A DNA stretch of 36,958 nt, taken from Kipferlia bialata. Lineage: Eukaryota. Both the position numbers and the translations under genes were made by a program. The stretch spans positions 1-36,958 of the forward strand of contig BDIP01000045.1 of the NCBI GenBank assembly GCA_003568945.1, in the 5' to 3' direction. Positions 12,501 to 26,000 of this stretch are shown one piece after another. The number at the start of each line of letters is the position of its first letter. Positions within the stretch are counted from its first letter, which is position 1. Below the pieces are notes generated by a model, which saw nothing but the letters and a program-made list of their open reading frames with translations, searched no databases and was not told the origin of the DNA.

Positions 12501-15500
12501 CTTGAGTGTCTGGATCAACTCAAAGTCAGAGGACGCACTGGTCCTGTCGCCACCCTGAGGTCAGATACACAGGTGCATACATACATATATATACTAATAT
12601 ATAGTTGAGAGACAATATGTAGCTGTTGATAGTCAGAGGACGCACTGGTCCTGTAGCCACCCTGGGAATGAGAGGTGATAAGACAGAAATGAACATATAG
12701 TTGACATGTACTAAAATAACGATCGTGTTGTCGTACCGGGGCTGAGCAGAAGACGTTGGAGCCCGGTGTGGAGTAGAAAGCCGGAACACCTGATCATTAG
12801 CGATGATGCTAACATATGAAAGGTACATTCAATATGATGTGTAAATCAATACCGTACAACCCCCTACCTGTGCAAGACAGGGCCCCCACGTTGATGATGT
12901 CAGCTGACCTCTTGTCCCCTGCCATGTTGGCATCTCCCCCCATGTCACCCTAGTGTAAATTGGATAGAGGTAAATATCTAGAGAGTAGACTCTTTGACTG
13001 TCCCCAGCCATGTTGGCGTCCCCACCTAGGTCTCCCTGGGGTTGGAGTATAATATGGTTGACAAGCTAGAGAGATGGAGTACGTAGACGTGTCAAAGAGT
13101 GAACGGATTGGGTGGATGGTCCAACGTACACTGTTTCCTGCCGATGTGAATATGATGGAACCCTCAGAGACAGCGGCCTCATAGGCATCCTGGGCGGTGA
13201 GGAGAATCAATGATGTGCAACGGATATACTCAAATACAATAACTCTCACACATCCTGATGTAGACAGACACCACTGCACATCAAATATTCTATCATACAG
13301 TGCATACATCACATCTACAACACATCCACAATGCAGTGTATACATATGCTGTATATTCCATACCTGGAGCCAGGCCATGTCTGCAAAGGCATAGCACAGG
13401 TTGCCCTACGGTGAGAAACACTTAACACCAAATACTCCAATGCACCTAGTCTGTATAGTGTCCATTAAGTATCAGTATCGTGTAGATAATGAATACCCCA
13501 CACCTGACACACTGGGTACCCGTATGAGTTTGAGGATATGTCAATCTGGTCAGCATCGTCTGTGAAGGCAGCGGCCTCCTCACTAAGGCGTGAGAGGATA
13601 AGGGTACTCTAATATATATATCAATTAGTATGAAATAGATATGGATACGAGATATCATCGGTGAAGGCTTCGGCCTCCTCGCTGGGGGTTAGAAGGAGAC
13701 TGGTTATCAAATAGATGATACATGAAATACATAAGCATATGTATATAGTATATATGATACCATCCGTGAAGGCAGGGGCCTCCTCGCTGAAGCGTGAGAC
13801 AATAATGTGTGAGGAATTGTGACAACAAACACACAATAACTCATAAACATATATAGCGGGCAACGACGGCATAAACTCCAGACTGAGACGTGGGAAGACA
13901 GGGGCAATACTAAGTATGTGATTTCCCACCTGACTGTGACGCCTGTACCCAGAACACAGCGACCAGTGAGGTCAGCCTGGAAGGTGAGCGGGAGTCACAA
14001 CAACCGAAATATCAATAAGCCTGTCAATATATGAATACGACCCGTACCTCTGGGGCTATCCCTGCGACACACTTGTTGTTGTTGTGCTTGGCTGTCAGGA
14101 TACCAGCACACGAGGTGCCTAAGGTCAGGAGAGTTAGATAGACAAGTATATACATTACATATGTATTACTAATATATATCAGCTGTCAAGATACCGGCAC
14201 ACGAGGTGCCTGGGGGTCAGAATAATATAGGTATGTATATGTATATATACTATACATATAGTACACATACCATGAGTGTTAAACCCCTGTGTGGGCTGGC
14301 ATGTCTGTCTGTCCGTGTCATATATATATATATAGTATACATATATACATATATATACCATATGTATACCATGTGTGTTGAACCCCTGTGTGGGTTGGCA
14401 TGTCTGTCTGTCCGTGTCGTAGTTATAACATAGGTCAGTCCGTATGTTGGTGAGGTCAGGACTCCCAGTCAGAAGGCCTGGGGGGTGAGTGTATATCGAA
14501 AGAATACAGCTATGATAGTGTTTGGTGAACACTGCGTATCGTATCAAATCTTTCCCCAAATGTATTTGATACCAGAAGAGAATGGTACATAATGTAGTGC
14601 CAATTTGCATTAGCTACATTGGGGAACCCACCCTCGTCATTGACACAGACAGTGACGCCCTGTCCAAAGTACCCGTCACTCCACACAGGCCTCACATTGA
14701 TGTCAACACCGCTGTCACAGCCTGGGATTAGGGGGGATATAGAATACATAATGGCACAATGAAACATGTGTGGTATATCCAATACCACTGTCGCAATCTG
14801 GGAGTAGGGGAGTTCTATGGGATGCAAGGTATATACAAATAGAAGAAGTAACATATATGTATATATATCTGCATATAAACTGACCTCCCACCCCTCTGTT
14901 CCTGGCCCACCACTGCTCAGAGTACTCTGGGTCTGTGGGGGTGTACACCTGGTGCGGCTCGTTGCTGCCTGGGGGGAGAGGGATATACTATACCTTATGT
15001 ATACAAAATGTATGCGTACTGTACCTGAAGTGGCTGCCGACGCCCCTACCTAAGTCGACACCAACACATACACTGTCATATATATATCACGTGTACTTTC
15101 ATACCTGGCGTGTCTGCTGGGATGACGCCTCTCACGCCAGGGGTGGCCTGGGGGTGAGTGGATAGAGATAAGTGTGCAGTAATAGTCAGTGGGTGCTCCT
15201 ATCTATACCTAGATAATACAATTATGTAACTGTGTGTGTACCTTGAGTGCCTCGAGAGCCAGGAGCATGTCGGCTGTCCTAGGGTGAGAGGACAAGAGAA
15301 TAAAGCAATAAGAGTAAAGAGATGCTGGGGTGAGACAAGATGGGAAAGCATTTAGTGGGAAACGGATCGATGTATATATACAATTACTTGTATATATGAT
15401 CTATGTATATATACAATTACTTGTACAAATTATTATTGTATATATACCTATCTGATGCATATGCCACCCCCGGGTTGAAGCATGGGACCCTGAAGGTGTG

Positions 15501-16266
15501 GGGCATGGCAGTGGGGATCAGGTAGGAGCCTAGATGTCAGTGCAAACATATGAATATGTATCTCTATATATACGTATATATATACGTATATACATACGTA
15601 TATATACGTATATATCTATATGTGGGGCATGGCAGTCGGGATCTGGTAGAAACCTGAATATGAATTACATATTAAAAATACATGTACACACATGTATATA
15701 TGTACATTAATATATATCCGGTAATATGTGTGGGGCATAGCAGTGCGGATCGGGTACAGTCTGTGGGTATGTGAAATATATGTGGCAATAAGAAAATGCG
15801 ATATTATTGAAGAAGAGAGTCAGAGTGTTGGCGTACAATAATCGGAATGTTTACTGAGAGAGATACACTGATAATACATGTAGACATACCCAGGGATGCA
15901 GCGACTGAGTCTGGGTCCACCCCTCTGAACAGTGTGATCAAGCACATGGCAGAGGCAGACAGGGTGTCGAACAGACTGTCCACACCCCGGCCTTGGGTGT
16001 GAGTTAGGGAATACAGTATGATATATATGAAATGATATATATGCAATGCAGTCATCGAGAGGGAGGGGGGAGAGAGAGCATATGCACAATGGGGCTCAAA
16101 CAGACTGTCCACACCCCGGCCTAGCGGTGAGCCAGGTTATATAGTAATGTCTATACAAATATTGATGGAGAGAGAGAGAGAGAGCACACTTCAATGGGGT
16201 CACACATACTGTCAACACCCCAGACTGAACCTAAGCACCACAGATAAATTGTCTATATATTAATAC

Positions 16267-16306
<40 letters not shown>

Positions 16307-16378
16307 CAGAGTCGTCAAACAGACAGTCAACACCCCTGCCTTGGGTGTGAGTCAGGTGAAGTAGTATGGTGTATTCAT

Positions 16379-16411
<33 letters not shown>

Positions 16412-16747
16412 ACGCACCTGGCACCCTGTCACTGGTATAGGAATGTATTGAGTATGTAAAAGTGTGATAAAAGTATATACTGTACCTGGTACCCTGTCAC
16501 TGGGGTAGTAGAACAGAGGGTGGGTGCTGTCAGCGGTGGGGTGGTCTCTGGAGTGGGTGGATGCATATAATACACACTGCATATACCTATGTGTTATAGA
16601 CTAGAAGGCCAGAGACTAAATACAAACACACATGGTGTGGTACCTAGGCTTCTCTGTCACCCTCTCCCCCCCTTCCCCCTTGTGTGGGTATGCCATACCC
16701 AATGCACAGGCCAGCAAGGCAATGCATACCAGCACCCTCAGCACCAT
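9599..16747 (-). CDS. Secreted kexin/furin-like subtilase (S8) with prodomain, P-domain, PPVE linker and two Cys-rich C-terminal repeats
   Basis: Signal peptide MVLRVLVCIALLACALG from ATG 16747. DINVRPVW...GQGVTVCVNDEG (Asp), H|GTSCAG (His), FTSAGN (oxyanion Asn), GTSAACP (Ser), YHGFGLVDA. P-domain GDLSITLESPDGT and FTFYSVRQWYEGADGLWK. Confidence 0.9.
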
Positions 16748-17146
16748 ATCTACACACTGATGCTAGATGTGGGGTGGGTAGAGAGGTGCGGGTAGTGGCG
16801 CCATCTACTGTACAGGGGGGGGGCATTGTAGAGGGGCGGTGAACAGTAGCCGAGAGATGGTTGGCAAGAGACATATGTTTGCAATAATGTGTATGAGCGT
16901 CTCAATCAGAACTTCAAACGTGTTCCCAACTCTCTCTGAGGGACCCTCAGTGAGGGTCAGTGTCTATTATGAACTGTCCACTTGAGGCTCAGACAACACT
17001 ACAGCCGATATGATTCGGTGAATCCAGCAATTAACATTGAAAACCTCGTTGGGTCACGTCTTTGCCATAGACAAGTTTAGATATACGTCACTTCTTTGCC
17101 GCTCTGGCTAGGGCTGCCCATCTAATAATTGGTCCAAATATATGGG

Positions 17147-20100
17147 TCACTTCTTTGCGAGTGCTGCCCATCTGGCTCTGTCCTGTGCCTCCCACCGCAG
17201 ATCAAACATCTCCTTCTGCCTGCCTATAGGTCAGAAGGGGGACAAAAATGTATCATGACGTCGTATGAATGTAAAAGTGTATACCATATCGTTGTGCAAT
17301 GTATGATTGTCTGAGATAGCTTGCCAGGGAAGCCCAGCCATGTATGTGGGTGCGTCCACATACGTACAATGGTACGGTATACTCAGCTACCCCACCTGAT
17401 ATGTCCAGACAGTCCACTCAGACTCTATAAGTGTATACATATGTAAATATGTATATATGTAAATACGAAACGGTTAAGGAATTGAGAATACCTGATATGT
17501 CCAGACAGTCCTTGGGTGACTTGAGCCATGCTCTGTACTGACTGGGGGTCAGGGACTAGAAGAGTTGACAACACCACATAGTATATCAATACAGTAGTAT
17601 AGATATGAACCATACACGTACACCAGGTTTGGGTGGTTTGGCACCAGCCCCTCCATCCAGTGTATCAGCTGGACAATGCTCTGCCTAAGGGTGGGGAGGT
17701 CACCCATGCCGTACAGGTGCTGGGGGTTAGGTATACATATATACATATATAATATATATATAGACAATAGGTCTTGAATATACACAATAGTAAGTACACA
17801 GGTCACCCATGCCATACAGGTGCTGGGGGTTGGGTAGTGTGTAGTATATATATACCATAGGAGTAAGGTAGGTAGGTAGTGTCTACCACTTCCAGCATAT
17901 GTCTCAGAGAAGTGACCATTGCGGGATTGGCGATGGCACAATATCTCAGCCACCATTGGAAAGAGAGAGACCATCCCACCTGAATCAGCTCTCTGTACCG
18001 CAGCTCCACCACGTGGTGAGACGTGTTGTAGTAGGTCAGGGCCAGCTTGAGGGCCTGGGGTGAGAGGGAAGCATGGCGCTTATAGGTCCAGACACACCAG
18101 AAAGAAGCAGCAACTACCACAACATGTATCTCTATGGTAGTAACTATCTCACACCATTAGGAGAATCGTTCTGACTTGGGAGGCATCGGTACCGGAGAGT
18201 ATACATTGCCAAGTTTACTATCGTCCATTTATCGCATACTATGTATAGAGTAGAGTATTTAACAAATATATATATATATATATCCATACCATCATGAGCA
18301 TCGGCCTGACTTGGGAGGCATCAGTGCCAGGGCCCTGTCTGGTAGAGGACACACAGCGCTGGGGGGAGAGGGCGGGAGAGAGGGAGAAGGGGAGAGGGGG
18401 GAGAGGAGAAGCCGGACCATAATTAGCACTACTATACATACATCTACCCATACCTCAAACTGCATGGCAATCATGTCGTGGTTGGCCTGGGCCTGGGGTG
18501 AGAATACATCAGTGTCAGTAATATAAGGGGGTGACACAAAGCGTTCCTACTGTTATCTTCGGCTACTCTCCACACACTTCACGTGCCCTGAGAGTGGAAA
18601 TAGAATGTAGTGACTTGCCTTCTCAGGGAGTCCCAGTATAGGTACGTACATTTCTACACAGTATACAACTATAATAAATACTATCTGCCCTTGCCTTCTT
18701 TGGCAGTCCTACACACATACCTGGAAAGCTTGCTATATCATATACAAGTGCATGAGCATGTTTGGTAACGTGCCTTCTTAGGCAGTCCTGCACACAACTG
18801 GCACTGGCACTTGAAGCCATACACATCCAGCTTGGCCTGGCATAAGTATGGATATGAAGCTTCTGAGTCAACTATCACTCAGTGTATACTGCACCTCCTA
18901 TACTGCTCGAGTGTCGAAAGGCTGCCATTCATGATGCATACTACATTTACAATTTCCAATTCTTTTCAATATGTCTCATACAGAAATTCAGTTACATATG
19001 TATAAACATATATGGATATACTCGTTACCTGTCTAGCTGCCCTGGGTGCCTCCAGGTGGCAGTATGACACAAAGAGTTGCTCGCCCTTCTTGATATCCCT
19101 GGATGCATGGAAGACCTGGAATGAGGTAAATATATATATATATATATCTTCCAGGAAGCATGGAGGGAGGACAGAAAGAGAGAGGGAGATATAGATAAAG
19201 AGAGAGGGGGGGGGAAGAGAGATGAATATTCCCTGAGACAATGGAAGACGTAGATTGCTGGGGTGGAATCGGAGCATAGATAGAGTGAAAGAGAAAGAGA
19301 GAGACAGAGAGACAGACAGCTGAGGTAGTACGATGAAATGGACAGATAGAACTACTCATCAACGTACCATCATGCATGTCCTTCTGTCCCAGTAGAGACA
19401 CACATTGGGCATGCAGCTGATGATAGAGAGAGGGGGGAGGGAGAGAAAGTATGACTCGACACACATACCACATATTATATATATATAACACTATTTTGTA
19501 AGTATACCAATATACTGCGTCTATAACTATATATCCATAGCCTATACCTGTGGTTGAACCTGGCGGCTATCAGGCAGAGGTTGGACTTGCTGGGGTCGGC
19601 ATTGGTACAGGTGAAGTCCTCGCAAGAGAAGGCCTGGGGTGGGAGAGGGGGGGGGTAGACAGGTAGAGGGGAGGGATGGGGAGAGAGACATAGGGGTCCC
19701 CATCAACAGAGAGAGGGAGAGAGAGAGGGAGACAGAGAGGGACTCCACCCACATTCTGGTTGAGTCTGCACATGAATGCCTCAGTTAGGTTCAGTCTACA
19801 TATATGTATATATACTTCTATATATATTTGTATACACATGCATATACTAATGCCATACATTCTGGTTGAGTCTGCACATGAATGCCTCAGTTGGATTGAG
19901 GTCTGTGTGGGGGCCATGGGACAGGTGCTCAAACTGGGATCTGAAGTAAGAGAGGGAGATTTAGAGATAGTAAGGTTTCTGGGAACTAAGAGACGAGAAA
20001 GAGAGAGACAGAGGGAGGGGGGGGGGGGGGGTAGAAGAAGATAGAGGGGGTATGAGTGAGACCTCTGAACTACAGGAGGAGATAGAGAGAGGGGGAAAAA

Positions 20101-20223
20101 GAGAGAGAGAGAGAGTCTCCGAGAGCCTCGTGGCACCTGAGTGCTGGAGGGAGAGAGTCAATTTCCCGGCCTATACGCTCTCTCTCTGCATATGCATCCA
20201 TGTACGTGACAATGGGGCGCTCA
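17147..20223 (-). CDS. SET-domain lysine methyltransferase (SMYD/SET5-like) with post-SET CxCxxC; N-SET exons not visible
   Basis: Spliced exons give ERPIV..., RLNQNAF, AARFNHSCMPN, VFHASRDIKKGEQLFVSY, YGFKCQCQLC, then a helical C-terminus ending WAALAKK-TGA at 17147-17149. Includes one GC-AG intron. Confidence 0.88.
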
Positions 20224-20262
20224 CTGAGGGTAGTGGCAGAGAGAGAGACAGAGAAGAGTGAA

Positions 20263-20340
20263 GGGGGGGGGGGGGGGGGGGGGGGGACAGGGGGGGCGGG
20301 GGGGGGGGGGGGGGGTGGGGGGGGGGGGGGGGGGGGGGGG
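20263..20340. repeat. Poly-G homopolymer
   Basis: About 78 nt of nearly pure G. Confidence 0.95.
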
Positions 20341-20354
20341 CTGCGAGGAATCAC

Positions 20355-21027
20355 CCCGCAGATACTGGATCGATAAGACTAGCCACCTGTATATACACAC
20401 ATATATATATACCCACCTGGAGTCCAGCCATGGGCATGTCCAGCAGCCTGGCCAGCTCTATCCTGACATCCCCCACAGACACAGTGTCTGGGGTGCCACT
20501 CAGCACAACACGCAGCATGTGCCTCTTGGGGGTGGAGGGGCTGGTCAGCAGGACACGCACAGGCACACAGGGGGTGCCAGACCTGGTTGTCAGTGCACAT
20601 TGTCAGGGTGTGAAGTTAGCATATATACGTATATGTACCATATACTATCCATACTGGATACCACTCTTACCCACCTGAGCATGTCTGCCTCTACCCTCCG
20701 CATCTCCAGTACCCTATCCACCTCATCCTGGGTTGTATTGGAGTCCCCACCCTGGGCCGCATAGAGACTCTCCATCTCCTGGCTGTATGCATCCTGCACA
20801 CTCAGCAGGGCCAGCTCCAGCAGGGGGCAGTATGAGTACGGGGATGCGGGCACCGGCCTGCCCTCCAGGTCACCCAACAGGGGACTGCCCAGGGAGGTGG
20901 CGATGGGATCTAGGCCGTGCTTGCTCCCTCCGTCGAGACCCAGACCAAGGATCCCGCTGAGTACCGTCTCCGGTGCTTCTGCCAGTGTCCCCGAGGATAT
21001 ATCCTCGTCCACAGTGCCCATGGGCAT
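20355..21027 (-). CDS. 5' exons of a gene with a ubiquitin-like segment; either the N-terminus of the SET gene or a separate gene joined at the poly-G
   Basis: ATG at 21027 (MPMGTVDED...). The second exon VPVRVLLT...TVSVGDVRIELARLLDMPMAGLQ resembles the N-half of a beta-grasp/UBL fold. The frame ends at the poly-G run. Confidence 0.55.
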
Positions 21028-21173
21028 GGAGTGGGGGCACGGAGAGTGAAGAGAGAGAGACATCCAAGTCTGACAATCAAAAACAAATTGCTGCACCCTT
21101 GTTGAACGATTAGTGGATTGCCTTTACTGACCATACTGTATTCCCTCCTGCTACCGTGAGACAACAGCCAGCC
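21028..21173. promoter_or_regulatory. Putative bidirectional promoter
   Basis: Only 146 bp separate the divergent ATGs at 21027 (-) and 21174 (+). Confidence 0.5.
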
Positions 21174-22355
21174 ATGTCCACCGACAGACCACCTGTGGAG
21201 GTGTCGCCTCTGACGCACCACCGGTACCCGACGTGCCTGGCCGATGTGGAGGAGTACATCAAGGACATGATGCCTGTGCTCGAGAGTGAGGGGGAGAGCG
21301 AGAAGATCCGATACGAGAAGTATGCCAAGATCTTTGTCTACATAGGTAAGGCGTCTGGCTAGTGGTGTATGTGATAGGCAGTGACTCGGGGTGGTGTTCA
21401 TACGAAAATGTGTGTTCCAATTCTTGGTTTGGTTGATGCGTCCCAATTGCCTTGAACGACAGTATTTCACCCTCAGGAGAGGCCAGGAACATCCTCGGGA
21501 GCTGTAGGGCCACAGATGCGCTGTGCCATACTATCATCACTGAGGTGGGGTGTTAGTATGGATCATATCACAAGATGCACTGAGTCTTACGACTATGTGT
21601 ATATATGTCATGTGTCTATATATGCATTCACACAGTATGGATCCACTAGTCAACTTGGATGATGAGAGTATGAGGTATGATGCATGTATCAGTGTCAGGT
21701 TCGCTCATTCTTCCAGTCTACTAAGTGTGTCGATTGTCTTGACGTCAATCCATCTTGAGTGTCACTACTTGCACATACATGTCATGTGATGTGTGGTACT
21801 GACACCAAATGCTAGTGTACTGATGATCACTACTGATATCTGCTCGCATCCTATCTATGACAACTCCACGATGCTAGTGCTATCGCAATGTGGGTTCATA
21901 TACCTCACCATATGTATATGTGTGTCAATGTATATGTACACCTAACCCCCCAGGTCCTTGTGCAGTGTGTGGGTGAGGAGCGCACCCCGGCCATGGCCAG
22001 TGTGGCATCCAACCTGCACAAGGCCATCGGCATAGTAGTGGGGGCGCAGGTATGTACAGAGTGTACATTGATACATACACTCATATACATAGTGTTGTTG
22101 TGTATCCATCACTATACAAGGCCATCGGCATAGTGGTGGGGGCGCAGGTGCATTCATCTATACACACTTAGTGGACTATTCTCTCTCTTACTCTCTGTCC
22201 CCGGCTCTCTTCCACTCTATCCATTCTTATAAGTATCCAGCCCTCTCTCCCCCTCCCATCCCCAGGATACTGGGCTCTCTCCTCTAAATATTACATCAAT
22301 GCATCATTATGTATGTATATAAACCAACCCATATCCCACCCCTTAGGATGCTGAG

Positions 22356-22398
<43 letters not shown>

Positions 22399-22998
22399 CC
22401 CTTAGGATGCTGAGCTTGTGGCCGAGAGACAGGCCGAGGAGGCAGAGGCAGCGGAGGCTAGGTATGGTACATACATGTATATAGAATAGGTCTTTAGCTG
22501 AGGCAGCAGGGGCCAGGTCTATATACTCTTATGAATTGATTTATATTTGTTGTATGCCCGTTGACCCCAGGGGTGAGGAGTACGTCCCCGATGAGTATAA
22601 CTACGTGTATTGGTCTACTTACTATCTATATCTATATTCAATCATGATACTGACCCCCCAGGGGTGAGGAGTATGTCCCCGAGGAGTATAATACATATAT
22701 ATGGTATCACACTACACACATATTTACATTGCATCCATTGAATCTGACCCCCCAGGGGTGAGGAGTATGTCCCCGAGGAGGACCCCCTCCCCCCCTCGGT
22801 GGAGGACAGACACAAGGCATGCCTGGACCTGCTGCAGAACGGTGAGTGATACATATGTTTGCATATTTGTAATAAGAATGTATATGTGGATGTTTTCGTC
22901 TTTGACCTAGTACTCTTGTATACAGATCACTGTCTGGCACAAGGCATGCCTGGACCTGCTGCAGAACGGTGAGTGTCTCTCTCTCTCTCTCTCTCTCA

Positions 22999-23031
<33 letters not shown>

Positions 23032-26000
23032 TCATCATCAGGTGTGTGGGAGGTCCGGGGCCTGGCAGATGAGGCAGCCATTGTGGGCAGGGTCTACTTC
23101 AGATACATGTTCATAGCGTCACTGTACGCACGGCCTGAGGTATGCATTTTCAATATATCCAAGTATCCAATAGTATATTACGTGGACAATAGTATAGATA
23201 TAGAATTGATACATAGTGTCCCTATACGCACGGCCTGAGGTATCTGCAATTGCACCTGTGGATGTTCCCATCTCCCATATATATTCTTCTGTCGTGTGTC
23301 CTCTATACCAGTGTCTCTCTCCCTCTCCCTCACCCCAGGCTGCTGTGAGTATAGGGGACGAGGTGGTGAAGCTGGCCATTCCACGGTATGTACATGTATG
23401 ACTATATATTCATTTGTGCATATATCGCAGTGTACTTCTCTCCATATATATCCCAACCCCAGCGGTGTCCCCTACGCCCTTGTTGATAAGTCCATAGCCG
23501 AGTACTGCCTAGCCAGGGAGACGCAGATGGAGGGTGGGGAGACAGAGCCGGCAGACACCACACCCACATACATCAAGACACTCTGGGAGGCCATAGACAG
23601 GTGGGGGGGGGCTGTGTATAAGGAGGAGAGCGGTGACCCCATCTTGTTCTGATGTAGTATATACAGGGCATCAATACTCCTATATATATAGAGAGAGAGA
23701 GAGTATATAGTATATACACACTTGTCTTATGTCAGGTGGGACACCTTTGTCAAGGATACCGTGGATCCCTTGTAGTATGCATATAGTTCATGTCTATATA
23801 TATATATATATACTAATTCTTCGGGTGGGACGCCTTTGTCAAGGAGGAGAGCGGTGACCCCATATTGTATATTCATTGTATATATAGTATATGCATCAAT
23901 ACTCCTCTTTATATATATGGTATATGTATGTATATACTTGCCTTATGTCAGGTGGGACGCCTTTGTCAAGGAGGAGAGCGGTGACCCCGACCTGTACGTC
24001 CCCCCCTATGCCCCTGCCCTCATGCACCTGGTGCCACACCTGCTATTCAGGGGGGAGGTGGCACAGATAGCAAAGCTGGACCTGTCGGAGCTGAGGTTAG
24101 TATACTACAGTTGTATAGTTATATATATTATTATATATATTTATGCTCATGCCTTTATGTGTATATTAGCTAAGCTGGACCTGTCGGAGCTTAGGTTAGT
24201 ACAGTATATATAGTTATATATATTAGTATATATTGATGCTCATGCCTCTATGTGTATATAGCGAAGCTGGACTTGTCGGAACTGAGGTATGGGTATATAT
24301 ATGTATATACACTTGTGTATACATATGCATATGCACTTACCTTAGGTCTGCCGAGGGCTATGCGCTGAGGGCCAGGGTTGCCATAGCACTGAGTGTGGAG
24401 ACTAACAGGTCAGACCCTTCAAGTATCAGTATCTATTACATATATAGTACAGATTACATATAGTATATATTGTATATATATACTATATATATTGTATAAT
24501 GATATAATATATATTGTATACTTACTACTAGGTCTGAGCCCTTCAAGTACCTCCTGGCTGCCCTCAGGATGTCACCTCAGTCCATGGCTCTGTGGCAGGC
24601 ACTAGGTATGTAGATATAGTATAATATGCATATTATATATGTGTGTGTATCATGCGTATCTCCCTCTCACCCCAATCTCCCAGTACTATGCCACATAGTA
24701 CTGGCATAGTATAGTATACTGTGTATATATACATATAGAGTGTAGTAAGCAGGGTATATAGTTTGACGTCTCACCCCATGCTCCCAGTACTATACCACTT
24801 TCATCTACTGTGTGTATCTAATCTAATAGCATGTGTTTATATGCACTATCCTGTATATCTCCCCCTCACCCCATGCTCCCAGTACTATGCGGCAGGCCAG
24901 TTGGAGGATGCCTTCCAGTGCTACACTAGGGGGCTGGCCATGGACTTCGACATAAGGTCAGGGTTTATAAGTAGTGTTATGCTATATAGATAGACTTATC
25001 CAGAATCTAAGCGTATTTGCTCTTCCCGTATAACCCCCCGGTACCCCATGTATGTGGCTATATCCAGTATGAGAATGAGATATATGCATATCAACATGTA
25101 GTTAGATGAGGTCATATGTATGCCTCACCCCCAGAGACCCCACTGATGTAACCTCTCTCTCTCTATATATATATGTATATATATATATACCTCACCCCCA
25201 GGGACCCCACCCATGTGGCAACCAGGGAGTGCCTGGGTCTCAACCTGGGCAGTGTGTGTGACATGCTGGGGATGCACGACAAGGTATATATGTATATAGA
25301 TGTATATATATGTGTGTAGATATAGCTATACATACATATCCACTGTATATACTATTAGTGTGTGTGACATGCTGGGGATGCACGACAAGGTATATATGTG
25401 GATTCTTATCTATAGACAGTTACATTTCCACTGCATGTACATATCTATTTACTGATATGTTTCCACTGCATGTGTATGTACTATCCTGTCACACGTCTCA
25501 TACATGACTATGGGGCATATGCCGAGATGTTGTATCTCTATATATCCACTGAATATGTATATACAGTGGATATATGTATATCATTGTATCTATACACCTC
25601 TCTCACCCCATGCCTATGCCGCCTATGCCGAGGTGTTGTATATATATCTCTTATATATATATATATATATATATATATACTATATGTATGTGTATTTATA
25701 TCATCTGTCTCACCCCCATGCCTATGAGGCCTATGCCGAGGTGTTGTATATATACTTCTCATATATATATATATACTGTATATATATTAGTGTATATATA
25801 ACACCCCTCTCACCCCATGCCTATGAGGCCTATGCCGAGGTGTTGCACATGAATGTATATGTGTATACTGTATATATGTGTATATGTATGTGTCTATATA
25901 ACACCTCTCTCAGTGAGAGTCTCACCCCCATGCCTATGAGGCCTATCCCGAGTGTCGTATATGTATTTCTTATGTCTATGTGTATACTGTATGGATGTAT

